A DNA stretch of 64,000 nt from Escherichia coli phage vB_EcoM_Shy. Position 1 is the stretch's first letter. Every line of letters begins with the position of its first letter. The notes below the pieces were generated by a model. The model did no database searches. It worked only from the letters and a program-made list of their open reading frames with translations, and had not been told where the DNA came from. Made by a program: the position numbers and the translations under genes. Of the stretch, positions 53,705 through 63,403 are shown piece after piece. Location: the sequence record MT833282.1. The stretch is one strand, 5' to 3'.

Positions 53705-53962
53705 ATGAAAGACTTAATAGAAAAACATGAGAGACCAATATACTTGTTCTACAAACCCCGCAAAACATTATACTACGTGAGCAGCACAGGCATCATGATA
53801 AAGCAGAATGATGACTTATGGGTCACTGGAGCCTCTTACATCTCTACAGCAGATGGTAAAATCTACGCAAGACCTTATGAGATGTTCAATGAAGAAAATT
53901 GGGAAGTTTTAGACAGAAAACAAGCCTTAGAGATGATAAAGAAAGGAGAAATCACGCTATGA
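53705..53962 (+). CDS. hypothetical small protein between nrdA and nrdB
   Basis: ORF 53621-53962 trimmed to MKDLIEK start with RBS ggaga. Confidence 0.4.
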   Translation: MKDLIEKHERPIYLFYKPRKTLYYVSSTGIMIKQNDDLWVTGASYISTADGKIYARPYEMFNEENWEVLDRKQALEMIKKGEITL

Positions 53963-55032
53963 TTAACCAACACCCAATCTTTTTAGGTGGTGAGAGAAAA
54001 ACATTCGACTCACTTAATAAGCACTACCCAAAAATCTTTGAGCTATATAAACAACAAAAAGCACAAGACTGGTCAGAAGATGAGTTCCCTTTTGAACAAT
54101 CACGTCTTGATTTTGAGAGTGTCCCAGCATCAATGTCAGGTGTAATGCTTGAGATTCTTAAGTGGCAATGGGAAGCAGATACTCAAGTTGCTAAGAGTTT
54201 AGCGTTTGCCTTTGCACCATTCATCTCTGATGACATTTATGCAACTGCAATTATGAAGCAGTCTGAGATTGAAAACCTACATGCTCTTACTTACTCGGAG
54301 ATTGTCAGACAATGTATTAAAAATCCTGAAACAATCTTAGATGAGATTAACCAGAACATTGCTGTACAAGACCGATTAAAAACTGTGAATCGTGTTCTTG
54401 AAGAATTACTAGATGAAGGCATAAACTATCGTCTGAGTTATGTCCGTGACTCGCTTCTGGACAAAGACCCTTTACACTTCCATAAAGTGATTCTAAAAGG
54501 TCTATTTGCAGTGACTGCACTTGAAGGTATTTCTTTTATGGCATCTTTTGCATGTACTTTTGCACTTGATGCTCAAGATAAATTTCAAGGTATTGCTCAA
54601 GCTGTCCAGAAAATTATGCTTGACGAAATCCTTCACACTAAAATTGATATTGAAGTTTTAAAAGAAACTTTAAGAGATGATGAGTGGCAAAAAGCTTTCC
54701 AACAAATTCTTCCAGAGATTAAAGTAATCTTAGATGAAGTAGTTGAAAGTGAAGAGAAATGGTCGTATTATATCTTCTCCGAAGGACGTGCTGTAGTTGG
54801 GTTAAATACAAAGCTTCTTCATGAGTGGGTTTACTATAATGCTGCCCCACTGTATGATATGTTTGGCATTCCCAGAGATTTTGTAGCTCCTAAAGAACCA
54901 CCTTTGAAGTATATGATTAAGAAGATGGAAATTGATAAAGAGCAGAATGCTAATCAGGAGCAACAGAACGGTGCGTATTTATTGAATACTGTTGTAGATG
55001 ATTTGAATAGTGGATTTTTAGAGGTTCCTTAA
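53959..55032 (+). CDS. nrdB: ribonucleotide reductase class I small subunit
   Basis: 357 aa from MINQHP start with RBS aaaggag; E-x-x-H-type motif SEIENLHALTYSE; downstream of nrdA. Confidence 0.8.
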   Translation: MINQHPIFLGGERKTFDSLNKHYPKIFELYKQQKAQDWSEDEFPFEQSRLDFESVPASMSGVMLEILKWQWEADTQVAKSLAFAFAPFISDDIYATAIMKQSEIENLHALTYSEIVRQCIKNPETILDEINQNIAVQDRLKTVNRVLEELLDEGINYRLSYVRDSLLDKDPLHFHKVILKGLFAVTALEGISFMASFACTFALDAQDKFQGIAQAVQKIMLDEILHTKIDIEVLKETLRDDEWQKAFQQILPEIKVILDEVVESEEKWSYYIFSEGRAVVGLNTKLLHEWVYYNAAPLYDMFGIPRDFVAPKEPPLKYMIKKMEIDKEQNANQEQQNGAYLLNTVVDDLNSGFLEVP

Positions 55033-55274
55033 TGACTTATGTAATTTACTCCAAAACTGGATGCCCTCAGTGTGAGACTGCAAAGAATTTTGCGAAAGCT
55101 CGTGGTATTGACCATGTTGTGAGAATGTTGGGGCAGGATTATGAACTGTCAGACCTGATTGATATTGCACAGATGCCAGTTCGTCAGATGCCATTCATCA
55201 TGAAAACTGATGGTCAAAATCTAAAACCTGTTGGAACGCTACAGAATTTCATGGCAGAGGTGAATAATGCTTAA
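55032..55274 (+). CDS. nrdH: glutaredoxin-like protein
   Basis: 80 aa with redox motif CPQC near N-terminus; adjacent to nrdAB. Confidence 0.7.
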   Translation: MTYVIYSKTGCPQCETAKNFAKARGIDHVVRMLGQDYELSDLIDIAQMPVRQMPFIMKTDGQNLKPVGTLQNFMAEVNNA

Positions 55275-55473
55275 ACGCCTTTGGGAAGGCTTGGTTGTTG
55301 ATGCACCAGCCATTGTGATTGGTATGCTTGTTGTTAACCTATTTACTGATTTTGAACAAGGTTCATTGTTTGGAGCCATGTTACTATGGGTTATCTTTGA
55401 AATATTAGAGATACAGCTAGGCATTACTGAAAAACTAAGAAAACTTGTTTCGAAGTTTTCTAAAAAGATTTAA
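55267..55473 (+). CDS. small membrane protein
   Basis: 68 aa, hydrophobic. Confidence 0.4.
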   Translation: MLKRLWEGLVVDAPAIVIGMLVVNLFTDFEQGSLFGAMLLWVIFEILEIQLGITEKLRKLVSKFSKKI

Positions 55474-55480
55474 AATGAAA

Positions 55481-55502
55481 GGGTCTCTTCGGAGACCTTT
55501 TT
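55481..55502 (+). terminator. rho-independent terminator
   Basis: ggtctc-ttcg-gagacc then ttttt. Confidence 0.6.
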
Positions 55503-55521
55503 AGCATGTAAAGGGGCAATA

Positions 55522-57666
55522 ATGAACAAAGTACAGATTATTAAAAAGAACGGCTCACTTGAAGAACCTGATATCAAAAAAGTTTTAGCAGCAGTAACTA
55601 AGTCAGCTAACAGGGTTGGGTATAAAGAACTCCCACCAGATGTTACCCAAGCTCTTGAGTCAGCATTTATGAGGATTCTGGTAAAGTCCACTAAGCAGAA
55701 TAATTTGCTCATCTCGGTAAACGATATTCACAGTATTGTTGAAGGTGCTTTGGCAGAAGTCAATCACGAGATTTATGAGTCTTACTCAACATACAGAAAT
55801 TACCGTAAAGAGGTTGCTCAAAATTGGGATGAGCTTTACCAAAAGACTAAAGACACACTCTTCTTAGGTGACCGTGAAAACGCTAACTTTGACAGTAGTT
55901 TAATTTCTACAAAAGGCTCAATTATTCGTGGTTACCTGACTAAAGAAATCTTTAAACAGTACCATTTAACACCAGAGGAACTTGAAGCCATTGAAAAAGG
56001 GTTTATCTACATCCATGACTTAAGAGACCTAATTTTTGGTGGGATTAACTGTTGCCTGTTTGACATTGGTAAAGTACTGAAAGGTGGCTTTGAAATGTCT
56101 GGCATCGAATACTGTGAACCGAAGTCTGTACTGTCAGCCTTACAGGTTATCGGTGATGTAGTTCTTTCAGCAACTGCACAGCAATTTGGTGGCTTTACTT
56201 TAGCAGAGATTGATAAGGTGCTTGTACCGTATGCTAAGAAGTCTCTACGCTATCATGCTGAGAAAGCAGCATCTTACGGTATTCCTAAAGAACATTACCA
56301 TAATTATGTCATGGAGCAGCTACAGATTGAATTAACTCAAGGTTTCCAGTCACTAGAGATGAAGCTAAATACTGTACCTTGTAGCCGTGGTGATTTCGCA
56401 TTCACAACTTTAACATTTGGTTTACTTGACTCAGACATGTCTAATGAAGACAACCGACTACAATACATGATTGCAAACACCATTCTTGATGTTCGCATGA
56501 ATGGACAAGGTAAGAGTAAGAAGCCTGTTGTATTCCCTAAACTGGTTTATATCCATGACCAGAAGAGACACGATGAGAATATCTGTCAAGGTCAACTTTA
56601 CAGTAAAGCTATTGAGTGTTGCTCTAAAGCAATGTATCCAGATTTCTTAAGCGTATCTGGTCATGGTGCTGTAGCAGAGGCTTTTGAGCGTTCTGGCAAG
56701 GTAATTTCACCGATGGGTTGCAGAGCTTTCTTGTCCCCATATCTTAACGAGAATGGAGAAGAGTTCTACGTTAGTCGTGCTAATATTGGTGCTGTATCTT
56801 TGAACTTACCTATGATTTACCAGTATTCTAAAGAGAGTGGTTTAGATTTCTGGAAAGAGCTTGATAAGTACCTAGAGATGATTCGCAGCTTCCACAAGAA
56901 ACGCTATGAAATGATTGCTAATATGCCAGCAAGTTCTAACCCTCTTGCATTCACACAAGGTGGTCTGTACAAAGGGACTAAGAAACCTACTGACAAGGTT
57001 GGTTGGAATATCGTGAAGTCCTTCACAGCTTCTTTTGGGGTTACTGCACTTGATGAGTTATCTGTTCTTGCTGAGGGTAAACGACTTCATGAAGTTGGAA
57101 GCTGTAGTTTTGCATACGATGTTCTGGCATACATTAACATGAAAACTGAGGAGTTTAAAAATGAAGATGGCTTCTTATATGCCGTCTATGGTACTCCAGC
57201 AGAATCACTTTGTGGAACTCAGCTAAAACAGTTCAGAGATATGTTTGGCGTTATCAAAGGTGTTTCTGATAAGGAATACTTTACAAACAGTTTCCATATG
57301 AATGTTGCAGCAGACATCTCACCATTTGAGAAGCAGGACTTAGAAGAGCCATTCTTCCATATCTGTAGAGGCGGCAGAATCCAGTATGTGAGGGTGGCTA
57401 ACCCAGAAAACTTACCAGCACTTAAAAGTTGTATTACAAGAGGTATGTTGAAGGGTTTTTATCAGGGACTTAACTTTGACTTAGCAATCTGTGAACATTG
57501 TGGTAACAGACCAAAGGCTGATGTTGAAGAATGTGAGGTTTGCCATTCACATGACATCTCTGTGATTAACAGAGTGTGTGGGTATCTTGGGTGGACTAAG
57601 ATTAAAGGTGAATCCCGAATGAACGATGCAAAAATTGCTGAGATTCGTGATAGAGTCTCTATGTAA
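55522..57666 (+). CDS. nrdD: anaerobic ribonucleoside-triphosphate reductase (class III)
   Basis: 714 aa; C-terminal glycyl-radical motif RVCGYLG preceded by Cys cluster CEHCG...CEVC. Confidence 0.85.
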   Translation: MNKVQIIKKNGSLEEPDIKKVLAAVTKSANRVGYKELPPDVTQALESAFMRILVKSTKQNNLLISVNDIHSIVEGALAEVNHEIYESYSTYRNYRKEVAQNWDELYQKTKDTLFLGDRENANFDSSLISTKGSIIRGYLTKEIFKQYHLTPEELEAIEKGFIYIHDLRDLIFGGINCCLFDIGKVLKGGFEMSGIEYCEPKSVLSALQVIGDVVLSATAQQFGGFTLAEIDKVLVPYAKKSLRYHAEKAASYGIPKEHYHNYVMEQLQIELTQGFQSLEMKLNTVPCSRGDFAFTTLTFGLLDSDMSNEDNRLQYMIANTILDVRMNGQGKSKKPVVFPKLVYIHDQKRHDENICQGQLYSKAIECCSKAMYPDFLSVSGHGAVAEAFERSGKVISPMGCRAFLSPYLNENGEEFYVSRANIGAVSLNLPMIYQYSKESGLDFWKELDKYLEMIRSFHKKRYEMIANMPASSNPLAFTQGGLYKGTKKPTDKVGWNIVKSFTASFGVTALDELSVLAEGKRLHEVGSCSFAYDVLAYINMKTEEFKNEDGFLYAVYGTPAESLCGTQLKQFRDMFGVIKGVSDKEYFTNSFHMNVAADISPFEKQDLEEPFFHICRGGRIQYVRVANPENLPALKSCITRGMLKGFYQGLNFDLAICEHCGNRPKADVEECEVCHSHDISVINRVCGYLGWTKIKGESRMNDAKIAEIRDRVSM

Positions 57667-57675
57667 AACTTGACA

Positions 57676-57715
57676 AGGTGATGTGGGTCTTGATAGGCTT
57701 ACATCACCTTTTTTA
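57676..57715 (+). terminator. rho-independent terminator after nrdD
   Basis: aggtgatgt ... acatcacct stem then tttttt. Confidence 0.55.
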
Positions 57716-57820
57716 TTGGATGTTAGACATGGCAGAGAGTATTATTGGGTTGTTCATAGGTTCTGTCTTACTAGGGTTCTTTTTAGGACTTTCTTATTGT
57801 GAATTAAGAGGCAAGTTAAA

Positions 57821-58021
57821 ATGCTTAAAATATCAAAAACACTGATACCTATATTCCACATACTAATCTTCTTCTTTGGAGTTAGTGTCATGGTATGGGG
57901 TTTTTCAGACCCACAATGGAGTTTCTCATATCATGGTCAGATGGATTTATGGTCATGCTTCAAACCATTTTTAGGGTTAGCTATAGCATTCAGTGCATTA
58001 CCAACTAAGGTGAAATTATGA
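57821..58021 (+). CDS. small membrane protein
   Basis: 66 aa, two hydrophobic segments. Confidence 0.4.
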   Translation: MLKISKTLIPIFHILIFFFGVSVMVWGFSDPQWSFSYHGQMDLWSCFKPFLGLAIAFSALPTKVKL

Positions 58022-58413
58022 TTAAGCTCAACCAGAAACAGTTAGAGTGGATTAAAGACTATGCCTCAGAGTGTGGCTCTTGTGAGAAGAATCACGTAAG
58101 GTACTCAACATTCCATACAGTTTTCACATTGTATGTTGGCGACAACGTTCTAAGTGATTCCGTAGAAGATGGTGTACCGTTACCTAATGAATTACTTGAC
58201 AAATTAGCTGTAGTTACTGGAACGTGGAGTGAAGAAGATGGTCACGAACTATCTGACGATGTTGTCTTCTACAGTCTTGAAAATATTATGAATCCAGAGT
58301 ACATTATGCTAATGACTTGTGCACAAGACTGTGTACCATTACAAAACTTCATTAAAGAGCACTGTGAGGAGTTTATTACTAAACAGGTTCCTTGTCAGGT
58401 GGTTTTTGAATGA
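58018..58413 (+). CDS. hypothetical protein
   Basis: 131-aa acidic ORF. Confidence 0.5.
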   Translation: MIKLNQKQLEWIKDYASECGSCEKNHVRYSTFHTVFTLYVGDNVLSDSVEDGVPLPNELLDKLAVVTGTWSEEDGHELSDDVVFYSLENIMNPEYIMLMTCAQDCVPLQNFIKEHCEEFITKQVPCQVVFE

Positions 58414-58462
58414 GTAAAACAATTCGAAGAAAAGGTTTGAATAATATTGGTGAGGTAACTAG

Positions 58463-58948
58463 ATGAATTACATGGAGATTCGACCATTTGACACAGCTAA
58501 TGGTGAAGGGGTTCGTGTAAGCCTCTTCGTAGCTGGTTGTAAGCATCACTGTGAAGGCTGCTTTAACAGGGAGTCTTGGAAGTTTAATGCTGGTAAAGAG
58601 TTTACTTATGCAAACCTCTACGGCATCATCAAGCTAATGGATGATAATGCTATCAGTGGGCTGTCAATACTTGGTGGGGAGCCTCTGGATGACAGAAATA
58701 TTCAAGAGGTCACCAACATATGCAAACGTATTAAAACTGTTTACCCAGAAAAGTCTATATGGCTTTGGACAGGTTTTCAGTTACACGAAAAAATTCACCT
58801 AGATGTGATGAAATATGTTGACGTGGTGATTGATGGTAAGTATGATGCTTCTAAACCAACAGTTAAACCATATCGTGGTTCTGATAACCAAAACCTCTGG
58901 AGAAAAGAGTATGGGTGGCAAGGCGATTGTCAATGGCGAGCAGAATGA
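58463..58948 (+). CDS. nrdG: anaerobic RNR activating protein (radical SAM)
   Basis: CxxxCxxC radical-SAM motif FVAGCKHHCEGCFN. Confidence 0.8.
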   Translation: MNYMEIRPFDTANGEGVRVSLFVAGCKHHCEGCFNRESWKFNAGKEFTYANLYGIIKLMDDNAISGLSILGGEPLDDRNIQEVTNICKRIKTVYPEKSIWLWTGFQLHEKIHLDVMKYVDVVIDGKYDASKPTVKPYRGSDNQNLWRKEYGWQGDCQWRAE

Positions 58949-59186
58949 TTATTCTGGCAAGTGGACTTACGACATCAACAAGTTAGATGCTTGGATGATT
59001 TACACAAGAGAAAAGTTTGGCGAACGTTCATTATGTGCTCTTGCAACGATGGTGAAGAACGTTACCTTTGTCATCCATGAATCAGATAAATTTGGAGACT
59101 TCTACAGGATTCAAAACATCAGAGAAGGTGTAACTCCAATAGGAATCACTGAAGAAGAACTTCATAAGTTCTGTATTAAACTTTAA
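58908..59186 (+). CDS. hypothetical protein
   Basis: ORF 58830-59186 trimmed to MGGKAIV start with RBS ggagaaaag; overlaps nrdG 3' end out of frame. Confidence 0.4.
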   Translation, partial: SMGGKAIVNGEQNDYSGKWTYDINKLDAWMIYTREKFGERSLCALATMVKNVTFVIHESDKFGDFYRIQNIREGVTPIGITEEELHKFCIKL

Positions 59187-59201
59187 TGAGAGAGACTAAA
59201 A

Positions 59202-59468
59202 ATGGGAATTTTAGGTAATATGAAAGCTGGCTTCTTGAAGGCACTGGCAAAAGCAGCAGCAATCATTTCTATGACTGGAAAGCAGGTTGGTGTAGATGCT
59301 TCAGCAGTTGCACAAGTTCTTGCAAGCCAAATTGAACAGCATCCTTACATCTACGTAGGCCGTGGCAAAGGTGGTAAGAAACAAGCACATCGACCAACTG
59401 GTGCAGCAGCAATTAAACGTGCAGCTAAAAAAGCTCGTAACCGTAAACGTAACAAGAAGGCTAAATAA
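59202..59468 (+). CDS. hypothetical protein with highly basic C-terminus
   Basis: 88 aa ending KRAAKKARNRKRNKKAK. Confidence 0.5.
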   Translation: MGILGNMKAGFLKALAKAAAIISMTGKQVGVDASAVAQVLASQIEQHPYIYVGRGKGGKKQAHRPTGAAAIKRAAKKARNRKRNKKAK

Positions 59469-59470
59469 TC

Positions 59471-59791
59471 ATGAGCAAAGTTTATAACACTCGTAAATTA
59501 CAGATTTTCGTACTGTGCCAGTTTATGGCTAAAGAGTATAACTACTACTATTGTGGTACAGGATTCATTAGTGATAATGACGGCTCATATCTACCATTCA
59601 AAGAGGCTGTAAAACTCTTCAATGAAGAGAAAAGCTCTAAGAAAGATATTGAAAAGGTTAAGCTAACCTACAGCAAGAAAGATAAGAAGATTATCTGCCT
59701 AGATAACTTTGTGAAAGTTACTGGAGAAGCAAAAGAGTTTATGGATGAGAGTGAAATCTCATTCACAAGCATCTTGAAAGTAGCTCAGTAA
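59471..59791 (+). CDS. hypothetical protein
   Basis: 106-aa ORF. Confidence 0.5.
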   Translation: MSKVYNTRKLQIFVLCQFMAKEYNYYYCGTGFISDNDGSYLPFKEAVKLFNEEKSSKKDIEKVKLTYSKKDKKIICLDNFVKVTGEAKEFMDESEISFTSILKVAQ

Positions 59792-59842
59792 ACAGATACT
59801 ATAAGGGGACTGTAAAGGTTCCCTTTTTATTTTGGAGATAAT

Positions 59843-60358
59843 ATGTATCTGTCAAATCTGAAACGTTCGGTTGCAATGTCAGTTCTAAGACTCAGCTTTG
59901 AGGAACGTCAAGAGTTCATTGACACCCACCAATATGACCCTTCTAACTCTAATCACATGATTCTCTGGAATCGTGATAGTACTCGTGAAAGAGCACTATT
60001 CCGCTATTACCCACATTACACCATAGATAACCTGTATGGATGTTTTGTTGTAAAGAACACCATTACAGTACTCAATAAGCTTTGTAGATACACAGGTAAC
60101 CAGTCTTTCACATTAGGCCACCACAAACCCGTTACAAAAGGTGGTGAGCATCACTGTGCAAACTGGTTTATTCAGACTAAAGCTGATAATCAGAAGCAAG
60201 GAGACAGCCTTCTAAGCACCCCTAAGATGACCTATGAAGAGCAAGAGAAATATATCAAAAATAATATGCCAGGTGTGCTTGACAACAACTATACAGATTT
60301 GGCAATATCTCTCCTGTTGAAGTTCGAGACAGTTTATAGGGCAACTTACAATGGCTAA
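59843..60358 (+). CDS. hypothetical protein, possible HNH-like nuclease
   Basis: 171 aa; His-rich segment LGHHKPVTKGGEHHCANW; weak. Confidence 0.35.
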   Translation: MYLSNLKRSVAMSVLRLSFEERQEFIDTHQYDPSNSNHMILWNRDSTRERALFRYYPHYTIDNLYGCFVVKNTITVLNKLCRYTGNQSFTLGHHKPVTKGGEHHCANWFIQTKADNQKQGDSLLSTPKMTYEEQEKYIKNNMPGVLDNNYTDLAISLLLKFETVYRATYNG

Positions 60359-60629
60359 AGAGAAGTGGGAAATTTTACCATTAGTGAGTGAAGGTGGTAA
60401 CGGTTGTGAGATGTACATGATACGAGGTCATGTTCCAGAACCAATTGCACTTGAGATGGTAAATAATTTTACAGATGGTTCTTACAAAGACTTGGGAGAG
60501 CCAACTGTAAAGCATCAATGGGTTAAACCTGTACCAGACAGCACAGGCAACTGTAGTGTACTCTACCACGTTGTAGACCCCGTGAAATGCAAATCTGCAA
60601 TGGCAGTAACAAACGTAACTTTTGATTGA
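60351..60629 (+). CDS. hypothetical protein
   Basis: 92-aa ORF. Confidence 0.5.
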   Translation: MAKEKWEILPLVSEGGNGCEMYMIRGHVPEPIALEMVNNFTDGSYKDLGEPTVKHQWVKPVPDSTGNCSVLYHVVDPVKCKSAMAVTNVTFD

Positions 60630-61522
60630 GAGAGAAAACTATGAAGACATCTATTCGTGTTATAATTCATTCACCGACAAAAGGGTCTCATGAAGAAGAG
60701 TTTAACATTATCCAGTTCCCTTCTGGTGAGATTGGTGGACACTTTTCACAAGAGCTTGTCGATTTTACTGCTTATGCAGCATCATCCATTAACAATGTGA
60801 TTATGATTGTAAAAGGCTACGACAAGGACACATTGTTTGCTGTGGCACTTGCTAAAGAGGCAATTGATGATTTGATTCCTCATGATTATGCCTTAAAGAC
60901 TGTCATCTTTTACTACTTACCAAATGCACGATATGACCGTCACATGTTTAAAGGTGATGCAGCAGCTTTGAAGGTTTTTGCTAAACAGGTTAATGCAATG
61001 GGTTTTGGCGCGGTCTGTGCAGTTGACCCTCACAGTTATGTGCCAGATAACCTGTTTAACTGCTTCCAAAGTATTCCTCAAAATGAAATTGCAGTCCACT
61101 ATGCAAATGACCCACTGGTTGATTACTTAGTAGCCCCAGATGCAGGTGCTTCTAAGAAGATTGCAGAAACTGCTAAAGAGGTGGATAAACCACACATCAC
61201 AATGTCTAAAGTACGTAACCTTAAGACTGGTGAAATTACTGGTATGCGAATCCTTGATGATGTTGATTTGACCGATAAAACTGTTATGATTCTCGACGAT
61301 ATCTGTGATGGTGGTCGAACCTTCATAGAAGCAGCTAAACATCTTCGTGAAGCAGGTGCAAAACGTGTGGAACTCTATGTAACACATGGCATCTTCTCTA
61401 AAGGTGTTGAAAACCTTCTTGACAATGGTATTGACCACATCTACACTACAAACTCTTTAGGGGAAGCTAAAGACCGTGGTTTAACACATTATGGTCAAGT
61501 TACTGTAGCAAACCTTGATTAA
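60626..61522 (+). CDS. Prs-like phosphoribosyltransferase (ribose-phosphate pyrophosphokinase family)
   Basis: PRPP-binding-type motifs VAPDAGASKK and ILDDICDGGRTF; immediately upstream of NAMPT-like gene. Confidence 0.75.
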   Translation: MREKTMKTSIRVIIHSPTKGSHEEEFNIIQFPSGEIGGHFSQELVDFTAYAASSINNVIMIVKGYDKDTLFAVALAKEAIDDLIPHDYALKTVIFYYLPNARYDRHMFKGDAAALKVFAKQVNAMGFGAVCAVDPHSYVPDNLFNCFQSIPQNEIAVHYANDPLVDYLVAPDAGASKKIAETAKEVDKPHITMSKVRNLKTGEITGMRILDDVDLTDKTVMILDDICDGGRTFIEAAKHLREAGAKRVELYVTHGIFSKGVENLLDNGIDHIYTTNSLGEAKDRGLTHYGQVTVANLD

Positions 61523-61531
61523 AACTTTATA

Positions 61532-61554
61532 GGGGGCTTTTAAGCCCCATTTTG
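61532..61554 (+). terminator. weak terminator-like hairpin
   Basis: ggggc-ttttaa-gcccc then attttg. Confidence 0.35.
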
Positions 61555-61568
61555 AGAGAGATTAAAAG

Positions 61569-63350
61569 ATGACTAAATCACTTTATGCAGTACCAGCAAG
61601 TTTAAACGCAGATGCTTACAAATCTGGTCACATTTACCAGTATCCTAGTGCAACAGAATACTTGATGTTCAACCTGACACCACGTAGTGATAAATGGTTT
61701 AACAGTCCTTTAGCAATTGACGGTGTAGTGGCTTTTGGTATTCAACGTTTTGTTAAAGACTACTTAATAGACCACTGGAACGCCACCTTCTTCGAACGTG
61801 ACAAAGAAGAAGCAATTGACGAAATCTTAGAAGTCATGAATGGTGTTCTGGGTAAAGATGCTATTGGTCGTGAACATTGGGAAGCACTTCACGACTTAGG
61901 TTATCTACCAGTTGAAGTATACGCTGTAGAAGAAGGCACAGTTGTTCCTATGCGTGTACCAATGATTGTCTTCCAGAACACTGTTTCAGGTTTCCATTGG
62001 GTAGCGGGGTATCTGGAAGATGCTTTCTCTGCTGAGATTTGGAAGGCTTGTACCATTGCAACTATTGCATTGCACTACAAACGTATCTGTAAGAAGTGGT
62101 CTGACCTTACTTGTGATAACGACTTACATTTGCCTTATCAGTGCCATGACTTTGCTATGCGTGGTATGTCCGGCTTTACCGATGACGCATTTAACGCTGT
62201 AGGACACTTAACCAGCTTTAAAGGAACTGATAGTTTCCCTGCTGTATATACAGCTAAACGCATCTATGGACAGTCCTACCCAATCTCTGATATTGGTAGC
62301 TCTGTACCAGCCACTGAACACTCTGTAATGTGTGCAAACATTGCTTGGGAAGGTGGTAATGAGTTGATTGAAGAAGAAAGACGCTTTAAAGGTGAGTTAC
62401 AAACCTTCCGTCGTTTCTTAACAGAAACTTACCCAACTGGTATTGCAAGTGTTGTTTCAGACACTTATAATTTCTGGAGAACTGTATCAGAAATCTTACC
62501 AGCGCTTCGTAAAGAGATTATGGAACGTGATGGCAAACTGGTCATTCGTCCTGACTCTGGCGACCCTGTACATATTGTCACAGGTTATAAAGCAATCCAC
62601 TTAGAGTGTGCTAAAAAGGCTTATTACGAACACCTAAGCAAGCTGGAAGCCAGCGACACAATGCTGAATGCTGTTCTGAACATGAAGCTTGAAAACATCA
62701 ACTATGGTATTGCTGGATGGCTACTGTCAGAAGGCTACGAAATGGTTGTTGACAGAGAAGACTTTGAAGCTGCTGATACAGTGCTGTTGAAAAATGCTTA
62801 TATGGTTGGTTCTGCAAACGTTGTCACACGCCCTGTAGCAGAGATTGATGGGGCTATTAAGACCCTGTATAACATCTTTGGAGGGACCATCAACTCTAAA
62901 GGTTTTAAGGTACTGGATGAGCACATTGGACTTATCTATGGTGACTCTATCACGTTGGAACGTGCAAACGAAATCCTGAAGCGTTTGTATGAAATGGGTT
63001 TTGCAAGCTCTAACGTAGTGTTTGGTGTAGGTTCTTACACTTACCAGTACATGACTCGTGACACCTTTGCATTTGCTGTTAAAGCAACTCTTGCAAGCAT
63101 TGGTGGTAAAGAGATTATGCTTGCAAAAGACCCTAAAACAGATAGTGGTGTTAAGAAGTCTGCTTTTGGTGGTGTAGCACCTATGTGGGATGGTGATAAG
63201 CTGAAAGCTGTAGATGGCTATGGATTCCAGAGCTTTGAAGATGTACTTGAGCATCCAGCTTGTGCTTTACGTTTAGTCTTTAGTGAATCTGAGCAGTTTG
63301 GCTACACAACTCTTGGTGATATTCGAAATAATATTGACAAGCAACTCTAA
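61569..63350 (+). CDS. nadV: nicotinamide phosphoribosyltransferase-like enzyme
   Basis: 593 aa; N-terminal NADAYKSGH motif typical of the NAMPT family. Confidence 0.8.
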   Translation: MTKSLYAVPASLNADAYKSGHIYQYPSATEYLMFNLTPRSDKWFNSPLAIDGVVAFGIQRFVKDYLIDHWNATFFERDKEEAIDEILEVMNGVLGKDAIGREHWEALHDLGYLPVEVYAVEEGTVVPMRVPMIVFQNTVSGFHWVAGYLEDAFSAEIWKACTIATIALHYKRICKKWSDLTCDNDLHLPYQCHDFAMRGMSGFTDDAFNAVGHLTSFKGTDSFPAVYTAKRIYGQSYPISDIGSSVPATEHSVMCANIAWEGGNELIEEERRFKGELQTFRRFLTETYPTGIASVVSDTYNFWRTVSEILPALRKEIMERDGKLVIRPDSGDPVHIVTGYKAIHLECAKKAYYEHLSKLEASDTMLNAVLNMKLENINYGIAGWLLSEGYEMVVDREDFEAADTVLLKNAYMVGSANVVTRPVAEIDGAIKTLYNIFGGTINSKGFKVLDEHIGLIYGDSITLERANEILKRLYEMGFASSNVVFGVGSYTYQYMTRDTFAFAVKATLASIGGKEIMLAKDPKTDSGVKKSAFGGVAPMWDGDKLKAVDGYGFQSFEDVLEHPACALRLVFSESEQFGYTTLGDIRNNIDKQL

Positions 63351-63364
63351 AAGTATATGATAAG

Positions 63365-63386
63365 AGGCTCCTACGGGAGCCTTTTT
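63365..63386 (+). terminator. rho-independent terminator
   Basis: aggctcc-tacg-ggagcct then tttt. Confidence 0.6.
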
Positions 63387-63403
63387 AATTTCTGGAGAAG
63401 ATT

